Positions 1 to 6,587 of a DNA stretch of 21,917 bases are shown here, one piece after another. Within the stretch, counting starts at the first letter, position 1; every line of letters starts with the position of its first letter. The stretch is taken from positions 1 to 21,917 of IMG/VR virus record IMGVR_UViG_2751185961_000012; one strand, given 5' to 3'. Position numbers and translations under genes: made by a program. The stretch is from a virus (lineage: Duplodnaviria; Heunggongvirae; Uroviricota; Caudoviricetes). The notes beneath the pieces are model-generated. The model was not told where the DNA came from. It made no database searches and saw only the letters and a program-made list of their open reading frames with translations.

Positions 1-243
1 TTATCTTGAAGGGTTAGTTGATGCGCCATTAACCTGAGCATTATTTCTTTCCCACTCCAGAATATCAGAAAGCCACCAACGATTGGGGTTTCCCTTTATT
101 GTTGGTTTAGGAAATGGTTTGCTGAGGGACTTTGGCTTTCTGTCTGGAGTACTCCAGAAATACAGAGTGCTTCGTGAAATTTTATATCGTTCCAGAATAT
201 CTTTGGTTAACAAGATTTCATTTGTTTTTGTAATGTCGTTCAT
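1..243 (-). CDS. AlpA/Xis-like small DNA-binding protein (excisionase-type), 80 aa
   Basis: Complete ORF; GGAG Shine-Dalgarno about 7 nt upstream of ATG at 243; small basic protein with AlpA-like helix-turn-helix core (ISRSTLYFW ... RWW ... EW); sits at the integrase-proximal end of the leftward operon where xis is expected. Confidence 0.6.
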   Translation of the reverse strand: MNDITKTNEILLTKDILERYKISRSTLYFWSTPDRKPKSLSKPFPKPTIKGNPNRWWLSDILEWERNNAQVNGASTNPSR

Positions 244-273
244 TTTATTCTCCAGTTGAATTGTTTAATCATC

Positions 274-294
274 GAAAAACCGCCCGAAGGCGGT
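274..294 (-). terminator. Putative intrinsic terminator (hairpin ACCGCC-CGAA-GGCGGT followed by T-run on minus strand)
   Basis: Perfect 6-bp GC-rich stem with 4-nt loop read directly; on the minus strand it is followed by TTTTTCGAT; lies just downstream of the stop of the 297..548 gene. Confidence 0.5.
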
Positions 295-296
295 TG

Positions 297-548
297 TCAG
301 TTGATTGATGTGCGGCGCATTTTGCGAAGGCTGGCAATATGCTTTTCCTTCTCAATTTCTGCTTTAATCATGTGTAGTTCGTTGTGATCGATTCGCTCAA
401 ATTCTTCATTAAATGCACCAATTGAAGTGGCTCTGGTTCTGCCGTCGAGCCTTCGGTAGAGCACCTGAGTCAGAGTTACCTTGCATATTTCTACCGGATA
501 GTTGTTGGCATCAACGAAAGACTGCCCGCGCTGGATCAGGACGAACAC
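297..548 (-). CDS. Hypothetical phage protein, 83 aa
   Basis: ORF in the leftward operon; start overlaps the stop of the upstream gene by about 13 nt (operon-style coupling); no family recognised. Confidence 0.5.
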   Translation of the reverse strand: MFVLIQRGQSFVDANNYPVEICKVTLTQVLYRRLDGRTRATSIGAFNEEFERIDHNELHMIKAEIEKEKHIASLRKMRRTSIN

Positions 549-769
549 TGGTTGTATTCCTTGAGTGCCATATCATAAACACGGCATGCCGAGAGGTGTG
601 TTGTAGTCAACGTCGTTCGTATCCTGAAAAGTCCATGTGTTGTGACGGTAACTTCCGAGGCTTTGAGTTTCACTGCATCAACGATATGCTGATGTTTGCG
701 GCTTTCGAATATAGAGCTGGAGATAACCACACTTGCTGTTAAACCGTAACTTTCAAATGTGATTTTCAT
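536..769 (-). CDS. Hypothetical phage protein, 77 aa (start trimmed to internal ATG)
   Basis: The ORF track gives 536..916, but the internal ATG at 769 has a GAGGA Shine-Dalgarno about 7 nt upstream (minus strand ...ctgcGAGGAtaatgacATGAAAATC); the N-terminal extension of the long ORF looks non-protein-like. Confidence 0.5.
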   Translation of the reverse strand: MKITFESYGLTASVVISSSIFESRKHQHIVDAVKLKASEVTVTTHGLFRIRTTLTTTHLSACRVYDMALKEYNQCSS

Positions 770-912
770 GTCATTATCCTCGCAGTTAGCCGGGCAACAA
801 AAATAAATAATGTTGTTCCTGCGAATAACAGGATACCGCCCGTTATTAGATAAAGGAAAAACAATATTAATGTACGCGGGTTGTTTCTCAAAATATTCTC
901 TCTGTGATTCGC

Positions 913-1182
913 TCACTCTGACAATTCGTTGATCAAGTCACGGTATTTATTCAGTTCTTGCAACGCCTTACATGCACCCTCCCATCGTTTCTGTTTCCGC
1001 CCGGCGCGGCGCGCTTCTTTCCGTGATTTACGTAGCAGGTCACCTATAATGTTGTGCTGCACTGGCTGCACTGGCTGCACTGGCTGCACTGAGGCGATAT
1101 TTGGTTTTTGTCCACTTCCCTTGCAACTGCCTGCCAGATGCCATTTTTTACAGTTACTACCCCCTGGTTTTTTAACTTCCAT
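913..1182 (-). CDS. Overlapping ORF in the -1 frame relative to 1044..1283 (basic C-terminal region with QPV repeat); probably expressed only as a frameshift fusion, or a frameshifted gene remnant
   Basis: Open frame overlaps 1044..1283 by 139 nt; no Shine-Dalgarno ahead of its own ATG at 1182; two A-rich slippery heptamers (A AAA AAC at about 1167-1173 and A AAA AAT at about 1143-1149) lie in the overlap in the upstream frame. Confidence 0.35.
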   Translation of the reverse strand: MEVKKPGGSNCKKWHLAGSCKGSGQKPNIASVQPVQPVQPVQHNIIGDLLRKSRKEARRAGRKQKRWEGACKALQELNKYRDLINELSE

Positions 1183-1283
1183 AGAGTGTCAATAACGTCA
1201 TTCAAATCAATATTGAGACCTTTAGAAATACTTTCGGCTGATGCTTTTCCTAATTTGTTCAATTCTGTGAGCACTGCGTTCAT
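1044..1283 (-). CDS. Hypothetical small protein, 79 aa, ending in a SQCS repeat; putative zero-frame product of a frameshift-prone gene
   Basis: Strong AGGAG Shine-Dalgarno 6 nt upstream of ATG at 1283; N-terminal 55 aa looks like a compact globular or helical domain; C-terminus is encoded by the 9-bp tandem repeat. Confidence 0.55.
   Translation of the reverse strand: MNAVLTELNKLGKASAESISKGLNIDLNDVIDTLWKLKNQGVVTVKNGIWQAVAREVDKNQISPQCSQCSQCSQCSTTL
1056..1091. repeat. Perfect tandem repeat, 4 x 9 bp (GCTGCACTG)
   Basis: Read directly from the sequence; in-frame so copy-number change keeps the reading frame; encodes QPVQPVQPVQ in one minus-strand frame and SQCSQCSQCS in the other. Confidence 0.9.
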
Positions 1284-1318
1284 TTTTTTCTCCTGATATT
1301 TTAATGTCGGTGGGGCTG

Positions 1319-1531
1319 TTATACGGTTGGTGAGGTGTCAGCTTCTTCTACCAGCTTTTCCAGTTCATCCAGCTTTCGGGAAAGAATTTCACCAAACAGA
1401 TGAAGTTCTGCATCTGCTGTAATCGGGATTGGAACAAATCGTATTCCACTTCTGGCAAGTTGATTTGCGATTTCCAGACACTGCCTTAATTCAACTGGTG
1501 ATGCCTTTGTCAACGTCGTTTTTTCGCTCAT
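1319..1531 (-). CDS. Hypothetical phage protein, about 70 aa (start trimmed to MSEKTTL)
   Basis: ORF 1319..1615 trimmed to the internal ATG so that it overlaps the methyltransferase gene end by only about 40 nt; acidic helical protein, no family recognised. Confidence 0.45.
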   Translation of the reverse strand: MSEKTTLTKASPVELRQCLEIANQLARSGIRFVPIPITADAELHLFGEILSRKLDELEKLVEEADTSPTV

Positions 1532-2117
1532 TGGTTTTCTCCAGAAATTTAACAATACCCGGAACCATCTCAATGGATGGTGTGCCGCATTGGTTACCCC
1601 ATACATCAAATCCATGCGAGGTGTGGCGGGCGAACAGTTCTATCCGGGGAACATCGCCAAGAAGTTGCACAAGCTTTTCTCGAACCATATCCGGCTTGCG
1701 GGAGTGATCAAGGCGTGGTGCAGTGAATGACTGGATTATTCCGGCGTTAATGCGTTCGGGCAGATTTCCTTTCACTGCAAAAAGGCAGTCTTCGCTGTTA
1801 GCGCGAGTGGTGCTGCCCATACCCATGACCAGCTTGTCGGTTTGTCTTTTCCCGCATTTGTTCCAGGTTAATCCTTTCATCGTCACCAGACGAAAGCCCC
1901 ACGCTTCTACAACCTTCAATGCTTCAAGTGGTTGTGTAGGCACCCACCACATAGCTAACAGGCAGTTATCCGCTGCCAGTTCCCATACCGGGAGGCGGCA
2001 GATATCCAGAAGACTCATGACCGGATATTTAAAACTTGCACCGCGTTGACCATCGGTTGCTTTGTCGCGAAATGTCCAGGGGGGATCTGCGTAAATGAGG
2101 GTGTATTTTTTTGTCAT
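1491..2117 (-). CDS. MT-A70 family DNA N6-adenine methyltransferase (phage orphan Dam-like MTase)
   Basis: 208-aa protein with the diagnostic DPPW catalytic motif (LIYADPPWTF) and MT-A70-like downstream blocks (LLAMWWVP, WGF, HSRKPD); no adjacent restriction endonuclease gene. Confidence 0.85.
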   Translation of the reverse strand: MTKKYTLIYADPPWTFRDKATDGQRGASFKYPVMSLLDICRLPVWELAADNCLLAMWWVPTQPLEALKVVEAWGFRLVTMKGLTWNKCGKRQTDKLVMGMGSTTRANSEDCLFAVKGNLPERINAGIIQSFTAPRLDHSRKPDMVREKLVQLLGDVPRIELFARHTSHGFDVWGNQCGTPSIEMVPGIVKFLEKTNERKNDVDKGITS

Positions 2118-2545
2118 AGCGCGTTTTCAAACTCATCAATGTAAAGTCCTGCTTTAATCAGTCGGCGACGGCGTTCGGCCTTTTGCACGTATTCCTCGCG
2201 ACAGTTTTTTGCTGCGTGTTCACGGCTTCTGCGACTGAATGGAGGAACGGCATTGCGTGAACGAGGTGTGTCACGACGAGGATTTGATTCGAGGGAGAAA
2301 AAGCGATCAACGATTCCGGTGTCTGTGGTGAATGGCTCTGAAGCCTTGATTTTCACAACCTTACTGCCTTTTGTCAGGCTGCGTGCTACCTTGTTGAACT
2401 CGCAAAGTGAAACACCAAATTTCTCTGCTATTTCACTACCAGTAACAGGACGACCACGAGACTGAATCATCCAGGTGACGCGTTCTTTTAACCCACGGAA
2501 GACACCGGGCCTTCCAGAACGCCTGTAGAAAGCGATCTGTTTCAA
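2114..2545 (-). CDS. Hypothetical basic protein with probable helix-turn-helix, 143 aa
   Basis: ORF whose stop overlaps the methyltransferase start (ATGA coupling); Arg/Lys-rich; HTH-like segment VTGSEIAEKFGVSLCEFNKVARSL. Confidence 0.55.
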   Translation of the reverse strand: MKQIAFYRRSGRPGVFRGLKERVTWMIQSRGRPVTGSEIAEKFGVSLCEFNKVARSLTKGSKVVKIKASEPFTTDTGIVDRFFSLESNPRRDTPRSRNAVPPFSRRSREHAAKNCREEYVQKAERRRRLIKAGLYIDEFENAL

Positions 2546-2562
2546 ATTTTTGTCTCCAGATA

Positions 2563-2587
2563 TGAAAACCCCGACGGGATGTCGGGG
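2563..2587 (-). terminator. Putative intrinsic terminator (CCCCGAC-GGGAT-GTCGGGG followed by TTTTC on minus strand)
   Basis: Perfect 7-bp GC-rich stem read directly; T-run follows on the minus strand; lies immediately downstream of the stop of the 2600..3112 gene. Confidence 0.55.
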
Positions 2588-2599
2588 TAGTGGGGGAGG

Positions 2600-3112
2600 T
2601 CAGAGGCTTAAGGTGAAGCCTTTTCGGGAATTTCGATCTGACAGTCTTGAAATATCCTGTAGCGTGCGGCGCATTTCTTCCGTCAGATGTTTGAAGGCGT
2701 TAAATTCAGCAACAGCGGCATCGACGTTATAGCCCTTGCTGTGTAGCTCGTTGAGGATGCGCATAGTTGGGCTTGGCATATCGAAGAGCACAGAAACGTC
2801 CAGGTTAAGAGTTTTTCGATCAACATAGCTCATCATGGAGTAGGGGTGATGTTCAGAAAACCACGAGAGAGGGTAGTTGATAGATAGTGTTGATTCTGGA
2901 AGCTGAAGTTGTTCTGGGATTTTTTGACTGAAATAGCAGTCTTCCAGTTTTTCGAACACATCCCACGCTAATTCAGATGTGCGTGTGCATACGACAATAA
3001 AAAACACGCTCGCGGCGTGTGTCTGTCGCGGTTGAATATCCGGGGTCTCAATCCCGACGCCAGATTTTGCTGGCGTGCGGAGAATATAATCCCGGATACG
3101 CGACGTTGTCAA
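2600..3112 (-). CDS. Paralog or remnant of the antirepressor C-terminal domain (C-terminal about 95 aa is near-identical to the C-terminus of the 12096..12734 protein)
   Basis: C-terminal region INYPLSWFSEHHPY...LFDMPSPTMRILNELHSKGYNVDAAVAEFNAFKHLTEEMRR matches 12096..12734; the annotated start is a non-ATG (TTG-type) codon, so this may be truncated or a pseudogene. Confidence 0.45.
   Translation of the reverse strand: MTTSRIRDYILRTPAKSGVGIETPDIQPRQTHAASVFFIVVCTRTSELAWDVFEKLEDCYFSQKIPEQLQLPESTLSINYPLSWFSEHHPYSMMSYVDRKTLNLDVSVLFDMPSPTMRILNELHSKGYNVDAAVAEFNAFKHLTEEMRRTLQDISRLSDRNSRKGFTLSL
2666..2882. repeat. Dispersed direct repeat copy A (about 220 bp, roughly 85-90 percent identical to 12162..12386)
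   Basis: Long runs of identical sequence read by eye, e.g. cggcgcatttcttccgtcagatg...ttgaaggcgttaaattc...ctgtgtagctcgttgaggatgcgcatagttgggcttggcatatcgaagagcac...ccacgagagagggtagttgat. Confidence 0.8.
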
Positions 3113-3179
3113 ACTGATGGCATTGCAGATCCCTACGCAATGTAATACTATGTGTTATACATTAATAACGGAACAAAAA

Positions 3180-3551
3180 ATGCGCATTTTTAAAAACGCC
3201 TGGTTTGAGCGATTTGCACGCAAAAACAAAATATCCGACCAGTCACTGCGCGAAATTGTTAAACAGGCTGATAACGGGCTTATCTCAGCAAACCTGGGTA
3301 ACGGCGTTATCAAGCAACGTCTGCCACGAGTCGGTGGCGGCAAATCTGGCGGTTATCGCACAATCATTTTCTATCGCGTCGGCACAAGGGCCTTTTTCGT
3401 ATATGCATACGCAAAAAATGAACGTGAAAATATAACCGCTACTGAGGAAAGTGCATTTCGGAAGGTGGCTCCTCACGTACTCAATCTAACAGATGAACAA
3501 CTGGCACAACTGATTCTACAGGGTCAGTTTACGGAGGTACCCAATGAGTAA
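3180..3551 (+). CDS. RelE/ParE-superfamily toxin, HigB2-like (Toxin_HigB2 type)
   Basis: Recalled HigB2 signature: glycine-rich basic block (RVGGGKSGGYRTIIFYR) followed by FFVYAYAKNEREN; toxin-first order with 8-bp overlap onto the HTH antitoxin gene; start trimmed to MRIFKNAWF. Confidence 0.7.
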   Translation: MRIFKNAWFERFARKNKISDQSLREIVKQADNGLISANLGNGVIKQRLPRVGGGKSGGYRTIIFYRVGTRAFFVYAYAKNERENITATEESAFRKVAPHVLNLTDEQLAQLILQGQFTEVPNE

Positions 3552-3864
3552 AAATTACCGCAGTGATGCGCTTGCATCCGTACATGAAATGATGGAATCG
3601 CTTCATGATATCGGCGCAGTAACGAAACAGACTATGCGAGAATTCGATGAACTCTGCCTGCAACCAGCACCTTCAATGTCTCCTGAAAGAATCCGGGAAC
3701 TCCGTGAGCGTGAACATCTGTCACAATCCGTCTTTGCCAGATACATGAATGTCAGTAAAAACCTGATATCTGACTGGGAACGCGGAGTGAAACGCCCTGG
3801 TGGTCCCGCCCTGCGACTTCTTTCCGTTATTGAAAAAAACGGGATTCAGGCCATAAATGTTTGA
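3544..3864 (+). CDS. HigA2/XRE-type helix-turn-helix antitoxin
   Basis: 106-aa protein with C-terminal XRE-like HTH (IRELREREHLSQSVFARYMNVSKNLISDWERGVKRPGGPALRLL); translationally coupled to the upstream toxin gene. Confidence 0.7.
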   Translation: MSKNYRSDALASVHEMMESLHDIGAVTKQTMREFDELCLQPAPSMSPERIRELREREHLSQSVFARYMNVSKNLISDWERGVKRPGGPALRLLSVIEKNGIQAINV

Positions 3865-3884
3865 TTACCTTCACTACCGCGCCG

Positions 3885-4166
3885 TCATTCTGGCGGCGCT
3901 TCCCCCAGAGAAGAAATATCATCACCGGATTGCCACATCCACTCCGGCCCCTGCCATCTCAGATCCGGTGAATCATTTCTCTCAGGAATAACTATTACGT
4001 TCCTTTCCATCCGCTCCCTTTCTATCGCCATCACAGCCAATGCTGCAACCATGATGTATTTTTGCTCGTCGGTTCCTGTTTCATAGCGCCACATGAGGGT
4101 AAACTCGGGGCGATCAGTAACCTCAATGATTTCGTTAATTTCTTTAATTTCGCGAGGAATATCCAT
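3885..4166 (-). CDS. Hypothetical protein, about 93 aa
   Basis: Minus-strand ORF convergent with the HigA gene; start trimmed to MDIPREIKE; its ATG overlaps the ATG of the divergent 4165..4839 gene within a CATG palindrome. Confidence 0.4.
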   Translation of the reverse strand: MDIPREIKEINEIIEVTDRPEFTLMWRYETGTDEQKYIMVAALAVMAIERERMERNVIVIPERNDSPDLRWQGPEWMWQSGDDISSLGEAPPE

Positions 4167-4839
4167 GGGTTTAGTCTCCTTTGACATTACATGCCCGCAC
4201 TGTTTAAAAGAGCGAGCTGTTATTGAGGCATTTGCCGAAAAACAAATTGAAAAAACACCTCTTTTTAACGTCGCTTTTGTATGCAGAAGTTGTCATCAAG
4301 GAGGTGTTGCTATTGTTGAAATCCCATCAGACCACTATCACGGCCCTATGGCGGAAAGCCAGAAAAAAGACCTTGATATTCTGATTTCAGGAAATAGCCA
4401 GTACCGTTTCCGCAAGATCTATCCTGCGGTCAAAAAAATTACCGCACCAGAATCTACGCCCCCGGTTGCAGACCGTACTTTTGTTGAGGCAAAAGAGGAT
4501 TTACAGAGGAGGCGGTACGACACAGTGGTTATTCTTTGTCGCAGAGTCCTCGATATCTCAACGAAAAAACTGCTCGGCGATGAAGCAGGAAAAGAATCTC
4601 TGTCGCAACGTATTCAGATGATTTACAAAAAAGGCCTGATCACTGAACAGATGAAGGAATGGGCTCATATTGTACGAATAGATGCCAATAAAGCAGTTCA
4701 TACAGATGAAGTATTCACACCAATTGAGGCAAGCCAGATACTGAGTTTTACCGAAATGTTTTTAGTCTACGCCTTCACTCTGCCTGCAATGGTGGAAGCC
4801 AGATGTGACCAAAAAAGATCAGATTCAGCCTCTATATGA
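4165..4839 (+). CDS. Zinc-ribbon plus DUF4145-domain protein (candidate defence or regulatory effector), about 224 aa
   Basis: N-terminal Cys pairs CPHC ... CRSC; C-terminal half matches the recalled DUF4145 pattern (RRVLDISTKKLLGD ... LSQRIQMIYKKGLI ... AHIVRIDANKAVH ... LSFTEMFLVYAF); the upstream part of the long ORF (4093..) is antisense junk, so the start is placed at MGLVSFD. Confidence 0.65.
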   Translation: MGLVSFDITCPHCLKERAVIEAFAEKQIEKTPLFNVAFVCRSCHQGGVAIVEIPSDHYHGPMAESQKKDLDILISGNSQYRFRKIYPAVKKITAPESTPPVADRTFVEAKEDLQRRRYDTVVILCRRVLDISTKKLLGDEAGKESLSQRIQMIYKKGLITEQMKEWAHIVRIDANKAVHTDEVFTPIEASQILSFTEMFLVYAFTLPAMVEARCDQKRSDSASI

Positions 4840-4912
4840 ATCTCTTTTCTGAACACGTAAATACTACTCCGACACACAGTAAGCCTCCCCCCCGTCATTC
4901 ACGACGGGGATG

Positions 4913-5650
4913 TCATGTTCCAAACTCTGCGTTGTTCTCCGCCTCCAGGATTTCTTCGATCTTCTGTACTCCCCGATTATTATAGCGAAAGGTTTCTACC
5001 TGCTTATCCGAGTGCGGGGATTTGTCGATGAACCATTTCCCGTATTGTTCTGTTTTGAGCATGTAGGTATTGGCAATGCGACCAACCTTGTTAGCGGATA
5101 TTTTGAGTTGCACTCCAACTTCTGACGCCGAATAGTAATGTTCATTGATCATCGGTAGCGGGATTACGTTAGCGCCTACAACGGGATTAACCAGGCTGGC
5201 GGCAACGACCTGTTTGGCTTCAGGGGCAAGGTTGGGGAGGAATCCGAAAAGGTCTTTCATTGTATCGACGGTCATTTTCAGCGCCCGCGCTTTGCGGAAT
5301 TCCTCAAGGCCGTTAGTCGAATGTTTCGTGGTGGTTTTTTGTTGCAGTTGCTGTTGCATTGACTCCAGTTGATCGACCAGCGAACGACGGACGGATTTAG
5401 ATTCACGAGCGGCAACCCGAAGCGCTTGTTTATAGGTCATCACAATAACAACCTGATCCGCACCACCTTTTTTCTTATCCATGGGGGTTACGAAATTTTC
5501 GTAACCCTCCCCCTCAAGTTCATCTTTGATGCGTGCAATGAAGTCGTTGTTGCGTACTTCTTTTTCACCGCACAGTCTCCGCGCTTCATTCACCATTTTC
5601 AACAGAGCCTGGCTGTCGATAGTTCCATTTTTCATTATATTATTTTTCAT
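4913..5650 (-). CDS. Phage antirepressor-like protein with KilA-C-type C-terminal domain
   Basis: 245 aa; C-terminal block YYSASEVGVQLKISANKVGRIANTYMLKTEQYGKWFIDKSPH fits the KilAC pattern of P22 Ant-like proteins; GAGAGG Shine-Dalgarno about 8 nt upstream of ATG at 5650. Confidence 0.6.
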   Translation of the reverse strand: MKNNIMKNGTIDSQALLKMVNEARRLCGEKEVRNNDFIARIKDELEGEGYENFVTPMDKKKGGADQVVIVMTYKQALRVAARESKSVRRSLVDQLESMQQQLQQKTTTKHSTNGLEEFRKARALKMTVDTMKDLFGFLPNLAPEAKQVVAASLVNPVVGANVIPLPMINEHYYSASEVGVQLKISANKVGRIANTYMLKTEQYGKWFIDKSPHSDKQVETFRYNNRGVQKIEEILEAENNAEFGT

Positions 5651-5739
5651 CGTGTTAACCTCTCAAGCTCGCCGTAGCGAGTTCGCATAAAAGAAATCCC
5701 CGCGAGTGCGAGGATTGTTAGTTGCGCTCTGCTGCTGAT

Positions 5740-6021
5740 TTAGCCATCAATATTTACCTTTATCGCGTATACCTTTACCGGTTTATCACCGAAGTGCGGA
5801 TGTGTGATTGTCTTGATTTCATATCCGCCATACGGAATATCAATTCTGCGGCTGGAATCGTCGCGCTTCGGATATCCCTTTGTGATAATCAGGCGGTCAT
5901 ATTCCCGGAACATGATTCGCTTATTCCAGTAGTCATTACACAAGCGATACTCTTCCGTTTTCTCCCCGCGAATCATGGCATCGAAGTATTCACCTTTGAC
6001 GGCAAGTTGCAGGTTAGCCAC
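5740..6021 (-). CDS. ASCH/DUF3850-like small protein, 93 aa
   Basis: Pattern KGEYFDAMIRGEKTEEYR followed by a basic beta-rich region resembles DUF3850 (ASCH-like) proteins; assignment from memory. Confidence 0.5.
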   Translation of the reverse strand: MANLQLAVKGEYFDAMIRGEKTEEYRLCNDYWNKRIMFREYDRLIITKGYPKRDDSSRRIDIPYGGYEIKTITHPHFGDKPVKVYAIKVNIDG

Positions 6022-6586
6022 GGTTAACCTCCTGAGGCGGTTCTGGTAGCGGCATCCAGTGGGTTACTTTCGATGCCGGTTCTTCCCCATTGTCAGTAAC
6101 TGCCCACCATTTGTTTCTCGACCAATCGTAATACCCTTCGAAGGTATCGCACTCAGTCCAGCCGTAAGACTTACCCCAACACCAAACATACTGTTTATCG
6201 TTCGGCATTCGCTCACTACAGCTTATCCAACCATCCGGAGTTACCGGAGTTGGTCCATCGAATTCGGGCATGTCAGGACCTTTTCTGATAGCTTTAGCCA
6301 GCTCCAGCGGGTCATCGTAAAGCCAGTCGCCAGTTTGTGGGTGATTTGCTTCTGCAAGCTGCGCAGCCCATTCAAGACCATCTTTTTGACCTTGGAGATA
6401 ATCAAGCGGCAACTCTTCATGATTACTTGCAGGTTCGGCACTATCAGCTTCGCGCCGCTTCTGTAGCTCTGCTGCCATCGCTCTCACGACTTCAACTGGT
6501 ACCCTTGCCGCAAACTCTATGTTGGTGATCAGCTCATTAAGATATTGCTCGCCTGGATACTGTTTCTTATCGGTTATAGTGGTCAT
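6014..6586 (-). CDS. DUF551 domain-containing phage protein
   Basis: C-terminal domain with hallmark W...SERMP...W...VTHWMPLPEPP; overlaps the downstream gene start by 8 nt. Confidence 0.7.
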   Translation of the reverse strand: MTTITDKKQYPGEQYLNELITNIEFAARVPVEVVRAMAAELQKRREADSAEPASNHEELPLDYLQGQKDGLEWAAQLAEANHPQTGDWLYDDPLELAKAIRKGPDMPEFDGPTPVTPDGWISCSERMPNDKQYVWCWGKSYGWTECDTFEGYYDWSRNKWWAVTDNGEEPASKVTHWMPLPEPPQEVNRG

Positions 6587-6587
6587 A

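Noticed and set aside
413-742. Plus-strand ORFs antisense to minus-strand genes throughout 1..13552 (e.g. 413..742, 929..1195, 1429..1707, 1723..2049, 5369..5677, 5722..6027, 6059..6466, 6519..6950, 7682..8050, 8054..8485, 9583..10144, 10518..11147)
   Set aside because: They lie opposite better-supported genes that show operon-style coupling and recognisable domains; they lack ribosome-binding sites and have low-complexity or odd composition; treated as shadow ORFs.
1056-1091. Tandem repeats considered as a possible CRISPR array or phase-variation tract
   Set aside because: Units are 9 bp with no spacers, so this is not a CRISPR array; the repeat is in-frame (multiple of 3) and so is not a classic frame-switching phase-variation tract. 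No CRISPR array, tRNA or rRNA was seen anywhere in the window.
4093-4164. N-terminal 24 codons of the long ORF 4093..4839 (MRVNSGRSVTSMISLISLISRGIS)
   Set aside because: This stretch is the antisense of the minus-strand gene start (IKEINEII) and is low-complexity; the real start was placed at ATG 4165 (MGLVSFD).
4888-4909. Hairpin CCCCGTC-ATTCAC-GACGGGG between the convergent DUF4145 and KilAC-type genes
   Set aside because: Perfect 7-bp stem, but neither strand has a convincing U-run after it; possibly a weak or Rho-assisted terminator or an RNA-stability element; not annotated as a terminator.
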